Assembly: GCA_001552015.1 (NCBI GenBank) | Contig: CP010514.1 | Location: forward strand, 390,001-422,000 | Direction: 5' to 3' | DNA: 32,000 bases | Source of the DNA: Candidatus Nanopusillus acidilobi | GTDB lineage: Archaea; Nanobdellota; Nanobdellia; Nanobdellales; Nanobdellaceae | Shown: positions 9,240-18,313 of the stretch, piece by piece | Numbering within the stretch: position 1 is the stretch's first letter | Layout: each line of letters opens with the position of its first letter | Notes under the pieces: model-generated | What the model saw: the letters and a program-made list of their open reading frames with translations, nothing else | The model's database searches: none | What the model was told of the DNA's origin: nothing | Position numbers and translations under genes: made by a program

Positions 9240-10391
9240 ATGATATTTAGGGTTAAGATATATGATCTAACTGAAATATTTAAAGATACAAAATCAAAAC
9301 TAGTTAAATCAAATATAGATAATGGAGCTAAAGTATATGGAATAAAGCTTGATAAAATGAAAGGAATGATTGGATTTGAAATATTACCAAATAGAAGAAT
9401 AGGAACTGAATTTGCTGATATTGCAAAAAAATTTGGATTAAAAGGAATATTACATTCAGATGAATTACCAAATTATGGAATATCTGAAGAAGAAGTGAAC
9501 AATGTTAAAAGAATGTTAAACTGTTCAGATGAAGATGCATTTATATTATTAATATCAAAAGACTACGAAATAGCAAAAAAAGTTTTTAGCTTAATAATAA
9601 ATAGAATAAATGAATCAATTAAAAGGGTACCAAAGGATACTAGACAAGCAAATGATGATGGAACTACATCTTTTTTAAGGCCACAACCAGGCTCTGAAAG
9701 AATGTATCCAGAGACAGATCACCCTTACATATATATTAATAAAGATACTATTGAAAACAATGAATACAATATAATAAGATATAATATAAGTTATGGAGAT
9801 ATTAAAGAAATATTCGATATATACTATTTAAAAAAATTTGACAGAGATTTATATATTAAATTGCTAAATGAAGGTAAAACAATATTAAATTCCATTGATC
9901 CTGAATTTGTTAAACAGATGTTAAAATCTTTTGGATATAATGAAAAACAAATTGAAAATATAATATGGAGTGAATATATAAATGATATAATAAAAATATC
10001 TTTTGATATAGATCCAAATACCGTATATTATTTATTCTTCCAGATGATTGGAGATACAGAAAGTTTATTTAAAGAAAAAATAGAAAAATTTGATTTAGAT
10101 TTTATATATAAGATAAAAGATTATTTAAAAGATAAAAAAATTGTAAAAAATGCAATACCAATAATATATTATCATTATATTAAATATAATAAGAATATTG
10201 AAGATATAATAAAAGAAAATAATTTATACAAAAGAAATAAAGAAGAATTGAAGAAAGAAATTGAAGAATATATAAAATCCCTAAATACTAAAGATAAAAA
10301 AGTTATTTTTTCAAATGTATTTAGTAAATTTAAATATGTAGCAGATAGCGAAGATATTAAAGAAGTATTAGAAGAAGTATTAGGTATATAA
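9240..10391 (+). CDS. gatE: Glutamyl-tRNA(Gln) amidotransferase subunit E, C-terminal portion (GatE split gene)
   Basis: PNRRIGTEFADIAKKFGLKGILHSDELPNYGISEEEV and VPKDTRQANDDGTTSFLRPQPGSERMYPETDHPY match GatE. Only 383 aa; in-frame TAA at 9225-9227 precedes the ATG, so the N-terminal half is not encoded here. Confidence 0.85.
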   Translation: MIFRVKIYDLTEIFKDTKSKLVKSNIDNGAKVYGIKLDKMKGMIGFEILPNRRIGTEFADIAKKFGLKGILHSDELPNYGISEEEVNNVKRMLNCSDEDAFILLISKDYEIAKKVFSLIINRINESIKRVPKDTRQANDDGTTSFLRPQPGSERMYPETDHPYIYINKDTIENNEYNIIRYNISYGDIKEIFDIYYLKKFDRDLYIKLLNEGKTILNSIDPEFVKQMLKSFGYNEKQIENIIWSEYINDIIKISFDIDPNTVYYLFFQMIGDTESLFKEKIEKFDLDFIYKIKDYLKDKKIVKNAIPIIYYHYIKYNKNIEDIIKENNLYKRNKEELKKEIEEYIKSLNTKDKKVIFSNVFSKFKYVADSEDIKEVLEEVLGI

Positions 10392-10410
10392 AATTTTTAT
10401 ATATTAAATT

Positions 10411-10821
10411 TTGATGGAAGAATGCATATTTTGTAAGATAATAAATAAAGAAATACCTGCATATATTTTATATGAAGATGAATATTCTATAGCATTTCTA
10501 GATATAAATCCTGTAAATAAAGGACATACACTATTTGTACCAAAAAATCATTTTGATAGAATATCGGATATTGATGGAGAATATATAAAGAATTTTTATG
10601 AAAGTTTTACAAAGTTCTTAAAATTATTTGAAGAAAAAATATCAAAAGATTATAATATAATAATAAATAGCGGAAAAAAGGCTGGACAAGCAGTATTCCA
10701 TGCACATATACATATAATACCTCAATATAATGAAAATGGATATAAAAATATATTTATTTGGAATACTCATAAATTATCAAAGGAAGAAGCTGAAGAAATA
10801 ATAAAAAAATTTAATTCTTAG
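10411..10821 (+). CDS. HIT-family hydrolase/nucleotide-binding protein
   Basis: CIFCKIINKEIPA, FLDINPVNKGHTLFVPKNHF, AVFHAHIHIIPQY histidine triad. Reported start is TTG; ATG at 10414 is more likely. Confidence 0.9.
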   Translation: MMEECIFCKIINKEIPAYILYEDEYSIAFLDINPVNKGHTLFVPKNHFDRISDIDGEYIKNFYESFTKFLKLFEEKISKDYNIIINSGKKAGQAVFHAHIHIIPQYNENGYKNIFIWNTHKLSKEEAEEIIKKFNS

Positions 10822-11510
10822 GCTTCTTTATATTCAATAATTCCATCATTTACTATTTTAAATTTTACAGATATTCCTTCTGGTAAATATCTATGTTTCC
10901 TTAATATTGCTTCCCTAATACCATTATCTAAAATTCTCAATTCAACCAAACATTTTGACCAATATTTTATTAAATCTCCTCCAACAATTCCAATTGTATC
11001 CTTATTATCAAACAATGAATATACCTGATTTATAACTAGAACTGGTATATTATATTTTCTAGCTATTTCTGAAAATATTTGTAATTGTTTTGCAAGTTCT
11101 ATATTTACTTCATTTACATTGCTATCACCTCTTTCTAATCTATATAGCATTGATATAGAATCAACAACAATTAATCCTACATCATTAGAATTATTTTTTA
11201 TATAGTCATATGTTAAATATATTGCCTTTTTTTGTTCAGAAAAATTTACTGGTTTGTATAATAATATATTTTTCATTACATTCTCAAAATCCTCCTTTGC
11301 AATTTGTTTTAATCTTTCAAGAGAAAAACCACCCTCAGTATCAATATATATTACCTTTTTTCCTAATCTAGAAACATTATAAGAACTTATTATTGCAATA
11401 TTTGTTTTTCCAGATGCAGAAGGACCATAAAATGAGGTAATAATGTCTGTCTCAATACCTCCATCTAACAATTTATCTATTGGATATACCCCAGTAGAAA
11501 TTTTACTCAT
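10818..11510 (-). CDS. radB: RadB, archaeal RecA/RadA paralogue
   Basis: STGVYPIDKLLDGGIETDIITSFYGPSASGKTNIA Walker A, YIDTEGGFSLERL, LIVVDSISMLYR, VLVINQVY. Confidence 0.85.
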   Translation of the reverse strand: MSKISTGVYPIDKLLDGGIETDIITSFYGPSASGKTNIAIISSYNVSRLGKKVIYIDTEGGFSLERLKQIAKEDFENVMKNILLYKPVNFSEQKKAIYLTYDYIKNNSNDVGLIVVDSISMLYRLERGDSNVNEVNIELAKQLQIFSEIARKYNIPVLVINQVYSLFDNKDTIGIVGGDLIKYWSKCLVELRILDNGIREAILRKHRYLPEGISVKFKIVNDGIIEYKEA

Positions 11511-11544
11511 ATAAAAATCTTTCTATTATTTTTTAAAAATATAA

Positions 11545-12825
11545 CTAATACTTAACTTCAATTTCCTTTTCTCCTATCTTAATATATAAATACTTTACTT
11601 TCTTTCTAATACTATTTTTATAATTATTTATTATAAATTCTAATGCTTTATACATGTCATTTATTTTTCTCTTTGTAATTGCATATATTTTTCCATTTCT
11701 AATTATTAATTCTTCATTCTTATGTTTTTCATAGAATTTATTATAATTTTTTTCTTCCCATAACAACGGTCCCTCCCTTATTTCATATTCTGGTAATTTA
11801 TCTGGATAATATAATATATAGCCATATAAATAATTTTCATCGAAGAAATAATAGTAATTGAAGATCTTAAATCCAATATTATTTATCCATTTTTTAATAT
11901 TATTAAATAGGGATAACGCTTTACTATTTTTTATATCTTTATTATTTGAATCTCCCTCAATCTTTAAATATATCATATTTACATTATATTTTTCAGCCAA
12001 TTCTTTTATTTCATCATAATTCTTATATATTTTATTAAAAAAGAACTTTTCTTTATCTTCTGATAATAAAAATAGCCTAGAATAATATATAAATTCTGAG
12101 AATTTTTGTAAAGAAACAGAAGCTGCAACATTCCTATATTTATCAGTTGGATCAATTATTATTATTGGAGATCTTATCTTATCTTTTGATAGATTTCTCT
12201 TTATTTCATCATAATTCTTATAATATTTTTCCAAATCTATTATTACTTTTGGTCTCCAATTAGATACACTTTTTATTGTATTTTCAAAAGATCCATAATT
12301 TATTAATATTAATTCTATTGCATATCCAGAAAATCCTCTAACATAAGATTCTGCTCCATAAACATTTATATTCTTTGTAAATAATTTTAGTAACCTAACT
12401 TCATCCTTCATTTTTTCATTTAATTTACTTATTACATATTTAACATGGAATGGAGAAAGATCTGTAGTATTTTTTGCTTCCTTTATATCATTTATTTTTA
12501 ATATTGGAACTAATTCAAATATTAAACCCTTATAACTTACTTTAAAATAATCTCTAGAACCTCTTATCCTTATATAATCTAAATTCTCTTTTTTTAATAC
12601 ATTTTCAACAATATTTGATATATTTTTATCATCTTTAAATAATAAAAAAGTATCTACATCAAAATCATTTTTTATCCATGTATCTTTTGCAAATGATCCT
12701 CCCAAAAATGGTTCTAAATTATTTGATCTTAATATATCAAAAAATTCATTTATTATATTATATACTTTCCTTTTTTCCTCTTCAGATGGTTTTATTTTAG
12801 ATAATATTTTATTGTAATCTATCAT
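11545..12825 (-). CDS. cca: Archaeal CCA-adding tRNA nucleotidyltransferase
   Basis: GGSFAKDTWIKNDFDVDTFLLF class I nucleotidyltransferase signature, VRLLKLFTKNINVYGAESYVRGFSGYAIELILINYGSF. Confidence 0.88.
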   Translation of the reverse strand: MIDYNKILSKIKPSEEEKRKVYNIINEFFDILRSNNLEPFLGGSFAKDTWIKNDFDVDTFLLFKDDKNISNIVENVLKKENLDYIRIRGSRDYFKVSYKGLIFELVPILKINDIKEAKNTTDLSPFHVKYVISKLNEKMKDEVRLLKLFTKNINVYGAESYVRGFSGYAIELILINYGSFENTIKSVSNWRPKVIIDLEKYYKNYDEIKRNLSKDKIRSPIIIIDPTDKYRNVAASVSLQKFSEFIYYSRLFLLSEDKEKFFFNKIYKNYDEIKELAEKYNVNMIYLKIEGDSNNKDIKNSKALSLFNNIKKWINNIGFKIFNYYYFFDENYLYGYILYYPDKLPEYEIREGPLLWEEKNYNKFYEKHKNEELIIRNGKIYAITKRKINDMYKALEFIINNYKNSIRKKVKYLYIKIGEKEIEVKY

Positions 12826-13904
12826 ATTTTAAATCTTAATATTGCACCTATTTTAAAGTTTGAAAATTGTTCCCCTTCAGGATGATTTTTTGATATTATT
12901 TCAACTTTTGCATTTGTTTGTTCAATTAATTCAAATAATTCTTTAATTTTATCTTTATAATCTTCAGATATTAATACTGTATCTACTGCACCAATTTCTA
13001 ATGCTCTTTTTACATCATCAAATCCATAAACTACTAAACCAGTACCTTTTCCAAGATGTTCAAAAAATAATTTTACCAATTCTACTTCCCTTACATATTC
13101 TGTTTTTTCCAATATATCCTTTGCTCTTTCCAATAATTCTTTTAGTCCATATTCATTTGAATATGCTGTATCATATACAGCTAAAATTTTTTGTTTAAAT
13201 TGATACGGTAAATAATCACCATCAACAAATTGATTTTTAAGCAATCCTGGTCCTCCAACCAATATACCAACCAGTTTATCTAAATCCTTTTCAAAATAAT
13301 TTCTAATTTCATCTGCTAAATATTTTAACCATAGGTGAACATCTTGTTCTATTAATCTTTGAAATCTCACAGAAGATTGTCCTCCAGCTCTCATTTTACC
13401 AGGAACCCATGATTGCTTATTTTCCAATACTATTAGTTGATTACCCTTTAATACTCCTATAGAAGCTTCTCCTCTATCTAAAACTATTAATCCATATATT
13501 TGCTTTGGTGATATTAATTCCTTTAACGGATCTAATACAAACCTAGAATCACATCTATATAATCTAATATTTAATTTATCTGGAGGTTCTATTGCCCATA
13601 ACCTTATATCAACATCTCCAGGTCTGTTTGAAATATTTCCACAAAACACTATTAAACCATTCTCAGGAAGTTTTTTCAATCCCTTTAGATAATTTATAAT
13701 TTTTGCTAATGCATCCATTACATGCTGTCTAGTATTTTTATCCTTAATGTTTTGTGCAGTTGAGTATTCATAGCTTAGATGATCTAAAACCTTTGTTAAA
13801 TCATATCCTGCTGGTATATAGTATGAAATTAGTTCTGTAGCTCTACCATTATATTTATTTAATTCTTCCATTAACATTTGTAATTCAAGTTCTTTAACAT
13901 CCAT
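12822..13904 (-). CDS. prf1: Peptide chain release factor aRF1
   Basis: RATELISYYIPAGYDL, YSTAQNIKDKNTRQHV (NIKS-equivalent), MRAGGQSSVRFQRLIE (GGQ). TGA stop overlaps the cca start (ATGA). Confidence 0.92.
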   Translation of the reverse strand: MDVKELELQMLMEELNKYNGRATELISYYIPAGYDLTKVLDHLSYEYSTAQNIKDKNTRQHVMDALAKIINYLKGLKKLPENGLIVFCGNISNRPGDVDIRLWAIEPPDKLNIRLYRCDSRFVLDPLKELISPKQIYGLIVLDRGEASIGVLKGNQLIVLENKQSWVPGKMRAGGQSSVRFQRLIEQDVHLWLKYLADEIRNYFEKDLDKLVGILVGGPGLLKNQFVDGDYLPYQFKQKILAVYDTAYSNEYGLKELLERAKDILEKTEYVREVELVKLFFEHLGKGTGLVVYGFDDVKRALEIGAVDTVLISEDYKDKIKELFELIEQTNAKVEIISKNHPEGEQFSNFKIGAILRFKI

Positions 13905-13928
13905 TATATAGAAAATTAAAAATAATTT

Positions 13929-14621
13929 TTAAATACCAATGTACTCAGTTATATATTTTAGATCATAATTTAAATTCATTTTTTTAGATATATTTAATAT
14001 ATTATTTAAATCTTTATTAAGGAAATCTTCAGAATATGGAGAATCAACTGGTATTGATTGAGATACATCTATTATATATGGAACATTATTAAATATAATT
14101 ATATTATATTCTGAAAAATCTCCATGAATTAATTTAGCCTTGTTATATATTTTTTTATATTGATCTAATATGTCAAAAAATAATTCTTCATTATTTTCAA
14201 TTGAATCATAAACGTCATGCAATAATAATGGCCCTTCTTCATAACCTATATATTCCATTACCAATATATTTCCTTTATATAAGTATGGAATTGGAACTCT
14301 TACTAAATTTTTATACATCTTTCTTAAGTTCATATATTCTTTTTTTACCCAAGCATATATTATTCCAATCTTTGTTCTTGGAAACTTATATATTCTAGGA
14401 TCAGCTTTTAAATAATTTACCTGTTCTTTATAGCTTATTGACATTATTTTATATATCTTTATTGCAAATTTTCCAGATCTAACAACAATTGCTTCTTTAC
14501 CTTCAGATATTAATGCCAAATCATCTTCTATATAATGATCCTTATACAATTTATCTAAATAGTATAATGTATTTTTATCAAATACTTTTCCATATACTTT
14601 CCATATTTCTCTATATTTCAT
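13929..14621 (-). CDS. rio1: RIO1-type atypical serine protein kinase
   Basis: ISEGKEAIVVRSGKFAIKIYKI, ADPRIYKFPRTKIGIIYAWVKKEYMNL, LIHGDFSEYNII, YIIDVSQS. Confidence 0.88.
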   Translation of the reverse strand: MKYREIWKVYGKVFDKNTLYYLDKLYKDHYIEDDLALISEGKEAIVVRSGKFAIKIYKIMSISYKEQVNYLKADPRIYKFPRTKIGIIYAWVKKEYMNLRKMYKNLVRVPIPYLYKGNILVMEYIGYEEGPLLLHDVYDSIENNEELFFDILDQYKKIYNKAKLIHGDFSEYNIIIFNNVPYIIDVSQSIPVDSPYSEDFLNKDLNNILNISKKMNLNYDLKYITEYIGI

Positions 14622-15370
14622 ATTAATATATCTATAAGACTAGCTCTTAAGCCTGGTAGGAATCCCAAGTAAAATAACATTATATATATTACATTTCCTA
14701 GATCATCCTTTAAATAATATTTTGTATAAAGTGCAATAAATAATGTTAAAGATAATTTTATCCCATAAAATAATAAAGGATTACTATATTGAAAGATAAG
14801 AATATTTAATAACTGATGTTCTGATTGCAAATTAAAATAATATATTGAAATAATTGAAAAAATAATCTCATATATTTCACCAAATATTGATAAATAAAAT
14901 AATTTTTCTCTATATGATAAATAAATTAAAAGAGAAAACAATAGAATAAATATTAAAAATGGTAATAAATTTATTGGTCTTCCAAAAATAAAAATTGGAA
15001 TCTCCAATATTAAAATTGCTAATAATATATACAAGTAATATTTTCTATATTTATATAAAAATAAAACTGGTAAAAAGGAAATTGAAATCCATAATTCTAA
15101 TAATGGAGTAAATAATAAATATGTTTTTATTGTATAACCAAGATCTATATTTACCCTTGGAATAATAAATATCAAAGTTAAAATAATTAGATCTAATAAA
15201 AAATATCTATCAATAATTACCTTTTTATTTTTTACAAAAAGATAATAAAAAAGAATAAAACCAATAACAAATATTAATCCATACAAAAAAGTATTATATA
15301 TATTGTATTTATATTGATATCCTATTACTGGATATATAAAATATTGATAAAAAAATTGATATAAATTCAT
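14618..15370 (-). CDS. Multi-spanning membrane protein, possible DUF63 family
   Basis: About 7 hydrophobic segments, N-terminal FFYQYFIYPVI..YNIYNTFLYGLIF resembling archaeal DUF63 proteins. Confidence 0.5.
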   Translation of the reverse strand: MNLYQFFYQYFIYPVIGYQYKYNIYNTFLYGLIFVIGFILFYYLFVKNKKVIIDRYFLLDLIILTLIFIIPRVNIDLGYTIKTYLLFTPLLELWISISFLPVLFLYKYRKYYLYILLAILILEIPIFIFGRPINLLPFLIFILLFSLLIYLSYREKLFYLSIFGEIYEIIFSIISIYYFNLQSEHQLLNILIFQYSNPLLFYGIKLSLTLFIALYTKYYLKDDLGNVIYIMLFYLGFLPGLRASLIDILI

Positions 15371-15762
15371 TAACGCCTATAATATTGGAAATACTGAAGT
15401 AAATTGTTCAATAGAGCAATTATATTATCTAACTTTGTTGCAATTGTATCTAATTTAGTATTTAACATTTGTATTGCGTTATAATCAACTTGATTTGTAT
15501 TTTGATTACTATATCCATAATTCTGTGGAAAGTTTGGTAAATATGCTTGGGGATTTAATTGTCCTGGAAATTGATTTTGCTGAAAAGGATTTTGATTTTG
15601 AACTGGAGGTGGCAATGGAGGTGGTGGTAATGGCTCATTTGGATATTGAGCTGGAGGATAATTTCCTGGTCCCGCTGGTGGATAATTCATAAAATCTTCC
15701 TGCATGTTTATATCTTCATCATTCTTTTTTCCAAAAATATTCTTTATAAAATCCAATGCCAT
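15370..15762 (-). CDS. P/N/Q-rich low-complexity protein with short C-terminal coiled coil
   Basis: MALDFIKNIFGKK head, PPPPLPPPVQNQNPFQQNQFPGQ low-complexity core, MLNTKLDTIATKLDNIIALLNNLLQ heptads. Confidence 0.6.
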   Translation of the reverse strand: MALDFIKNIFGKKNDEDINMQEDFMNYPPAGPGNYPPAQYPNEPLPPPPLPPPVQNQNPFQQNQFPGQLNPQAYLPNFPQNYGYSNQNTNQVDYNAIQMLNTKLDTIATKLDNIIALLNNLLQYFQYYRR

Positions 15763-15794
15763 ATAATATTATAAAATTCCTTAATATATAAAAA

Positions 15795-16418
15795 TTATTC
15801 TTCCTCCTCTTCTAAACCCTTTTCCATAAATTCTTCATAAGATACAGGTAGTTCTTCTCTTTTAGATAATAATCCCCTATTTCTTAAATATTCTCTAGCA
15901 ATAATGTAATATAATAAGGCTAAAGATTTTGCTCCCCTGTTATTTGCTGGTATAGCAATATCTATATAACCTAAAGAATTATTTGTATCAACAAAAGCAA
16001 TTGTTATTTTTCCAGTCCTATATGCATCCAACAATGCATTTCTATCAAGTATTGGATCTGTTATTATAACAACATCAACATCCTTAAATATATCCAAAGC
16101 TGGATTTGTTAGCAATCCTGGAGGATATCTCTTTGGATAAACATTTATTCCTGTATACTTATTTAACATTTGTAATGGTTTTCTTGCAGTTTCTCTTCTT
16201 CCAACTGCTAGTATTTGATATGGCTCATATTTTGATAATAATTTTGTTGATAATCTCAATCTTTCATCCAATTTCATTACATCTATAATTGCCAATCCAT
16301 CAGATCTTACTCTAGCAATAAACTTTTTTGTTTGTTTATTCTTTATTTTTGTACCTATATGAACACCTGCTTTTATATATTCTTCTAAACTAACCAACCA
16401 AATATTTTCTTGTGCCAT
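15795..16418 (-). CDS. rps2: Ribosomal protein S2 (uS2)
   Basis: YIKAGVHIGTKI, ARTGK-like DAYRTGKITIAFVDTNNSLGYIDIAIPANNRGAKSLALLYYIIARE. Start placed at internal MAQENIWLV (ATG at 16416-16418), just after the rpl2 stop; the ORF track extends to 16457. Confidence 0.92.
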   Translation of the reverse strand: MAQENIWLVSLEEYIKAGVHIGTKIKNKQTKKFIARVRSDGLAIIDVMKLDERLRLSTKLLSKYEPYQILAVGRRETARKPLQMLNKYTGINVYPKRYPPGLLTNPALDIFKDVDVVIITDPILDRNALLDAYRTGKITIAFVDTNNSLGYIDIAIPANNRGAKSLALLYYIIAREYLRNRGLLSKREELPVSYEEFMEKGLEEEEE

Positions 16419-16419
16419 C

Positions 16420-17151
16420 TTACGTTGCTTTCCTTCTTCCAGTTCTCCTTGAGCCATATTTACCGTACTTTATTGGATATCCATATTTTGGTAATGGAGT
16501 CATTCCACCTTTATTCCTCTTATGTTTACCTCCCAATGGATGATCTGCAGCATTTCTTGCAGTTGGTTTGCTAATTGGCCAATTTCTATGATGAGCTTTT
16601 TTGAAATAATATTTATTTCCAGCTTTAACAAATGGCTTATCTGTTCTTCCACCTCCGGCAACTGTTCCCAATATTGCTCTAGAATATAAATTAACCATTT
16701 TTGTTTTTCCAGATGGTAATTTTAATATTGCATATTTATCCGTTTTTTGAACTAATATACATGATGTACCAGATGTTCTTGCAATTTTTCCTCCATCACC
16801 TGGAGAAATTTCTACCATACAAACATTTGATCCATCTGGAATAACTTTTAAAGGTAAAATATTTCCATTCTCTACTGGAGCATTTACACCAGCATAAATT
16901 TCTTTTCCAACATATAAACCTTCAACAGCAGGAACTAGAATAGTTTCTCCAGTTTCAAATTTTATCTTAGCAATTGGAGCATAATGAACCTTATCCTTTA
17001 TTATATCTACAACAACACCTTTTATCTTATCCTTCATTTCCTTTTCATCTAGAGGTCTAAAAGAAAATTCTCCTACTGAATAGAAATCTGGAATCCTATA
17101 TATATTTCCTCCTTTACCCAATCTCTGTTGTAATATTGTATTTCCACCCAT
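16420..17151 (-). CDS. rpl2: Ribosomal protein L2 (uL2)
   Basis: VCMVEISPGDGGKIARTSGTSCILV, GTVAGGGRTDKPFVKAGNKYY, NWPISKPTARNAADHPLGGKHKRNKGG. Confidence 0.97.
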   Translation of the reverse strand: MGGNTILQQRLGKGGNIYRIPDFYSVGEFSFRPLDEKEMKDKIKGVVVDIIKDKVHYAPIAKIKFETGETILVPAVEGLYVGKEIYAGVNAPVENGNILPLKVIPDGSNVCMVEISPGDGGKIARTSGTSCILVQKTDKYAILKLPSGKTKMVNLYSRAILGTVAGGGRTDKPFVKAGNKYYFKKAHHRNWPISKPTARNAADHPLGGKHKRNKGGMTPLPKYGYPIKYGKYGSRRTGRRKAT

Positions 17152-17152
17152 T

Positions 17153-17413
17153 TTATATTAATCCTAATTTAGATAAAATATCTTGGGCCTTATATTCTTT
17201 CTCTAATGTTACATATGCTTTTTTTCTTCCTTTATAATCTATCAATGTATTTATCTTTTTTACTTTAACATTAAATAATTTTTCAACAGCTTCTTTTATA
17301 TCATTCTTTGTAGAATCTCTATTTACAATAAAAACAACCTTATTATATTTATCAAGTAAATACATATCTTTTTCCGTTAATTCAGCATAAAGTATAGCAT
17401 CTTTTATATCCAT
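17153..17413 (-). CDS. rpl23: Ribosomal protein L23 (uL23)
   Basis: AELTEKDMYLLDKYNKVVFIVNRDSTKNDIKEAVEKLFNVKVKKINTLI.KGRKKAYVTL. Confidence 0.95.
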   Translation of the reverse strand: MDIKDAILYAELTEKDMYLLDKYNKVVFIVNRDSTKNDIKEAVEKLFNVKVKKINTLIDYKGRKKAYVTLEKEYKAQDILSKLGLI

Positions 17414-17422
17414 CTTATAATT

Positions 17423-18250
17423 TCATATATATAAGTTTCTTAAATCTTCTATTGCCTTTTCACTCCATATAATAAATCTACCCAATTTACCACCAGGAGC
17501 CAATTTTTCTATATTTAATTGATCTACTTTTGAAAACTCAACACCATCAATAGAAACCTTTGGTAACTCCGAATCTAAAGATAATACAAATAAAATGCCT
17601 CTATATTTTTTTATTCTCCTATTCCTCATTTTTCCCTTTCCAGCTCTTTGTTTTTTATTTTCTTTTATATATTCAATAAATTTTTCTATTTTTAATTTAT
17701 CAAATAATTCTCTATATTCTTTTGCTTTCTTTAATTCTTCTAAATTTGATATAACAATTGGTAAACCAAAAGTGCTAATTGCTTCATTTAAATAAATAAA
17801 AGATTTTGTATATCTATTTTTTATATAATCAACATTTGAAGATGCAGAAATTGCAGATAATATTGCCAATCTTTTTTCTTTCTTATTTATCTTTCTATAC
17901 CAATTTTTTTCAGGTTTTGGCGGATGTGCTCTTCTTCCTTTTACAGCACTTGGTATTACTCTTGCCATCCATCTGAAATCACCAGCAATTTTTGCAAATA
18001 TTGATCTGGGAACCCTTGATATACCCCTTTTATATGATGACCTATATGTATATCTTCTCTTTGATGTCCAAGCAGAAGCTTCCATACCTGCATATTTATA
18101 TGATCCATATGGTACCCTATGACTCAACATATATGCTCTAAATACCTTATATACTATATCCTCTCTTATTTCGAATTTAAAGTGTTCTGGTAATTCTATT
18201 TCTTTTATTTTATTACCTTCCTTATCATAAACAGATATCATATTTTCCAT
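17423..18250 (-). CDS. rpl4: Ribosomal protein L4 (uL4, archaeal/eukaryotic L4/L1e type)
   Basis: VYDKEGNKIKEIELPEHF, RVPRSIFAKIAGDFRWMARVIPSAVKGRRAHPPKPEK, KMRNRRIKKYRGILFVL. Confidence 0.93.
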   Translation of the reverse strand: MENMISVYDKEGNKIKEIELPEHFKFEIREDIVYKVFRAYMLSHRVPYGSYKYAGMEASAWTSKRRYTYRSSYKRGISRVPRSIFAKIAGDFRWMARVIPSAVKGRRAHPPKPEKNWYRKINKKEKRLAILSAISASSNVDYIKNRYTKSFIYLNEAISTFGLPIVISNLEELKKAKEYRELFDKLKIEKFIEYIKENKKQRAGKGKMRNRRIKKYRGILFVLSLDSELPKVSIDGVEFSKVDQLNIEKLAPGGKLGRFIIWSEKAIEDLRNLYI

Positions 18251-18313
18251 GGCTATATTTTATATATAAAACATATTTAAATCTTTATAATAACTCACAT
18301 TAACTATTAAGAT

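Noticed and set aside
13001-13198. Plus-strand ORF 13001..13198
   Set aside because: Antisense to prf1, which is securely identified.
12822-13904. Stop codon reassignment suggested by the NIKD variant in aRF1
   Set aside because: TAA, TAG and TGA each terminate well-bounded genes here, and no recognised gene needs in-frame readthrough.
14201-14398. Plus-strand ORF 14201..14398
   Set aside because: Antisense to rio1.
15474-15692. Plus-strand ORF 15474..15692
   Set aside because: Antisense to the P/Q/N-rich gene; acidic composition is the complement artefact of that repeat-like sequence.
16106-16288. Plus-strand ORF 16106..16288
   Set aside because: Antisense to rps2.
16420-16457. Apparent 38-nt overlap between rpl2 and rps2
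   Set aside because: Explained by an upstream alternative start; the internal ATG at 16416-16418 gives the expected MAQENIWLV N-terminus and places rps2 1 nt after the rpl2 stop.
17595-17795. Plus-strand ORF 17595..17795
   Set aside because: Antisense to rpl4.
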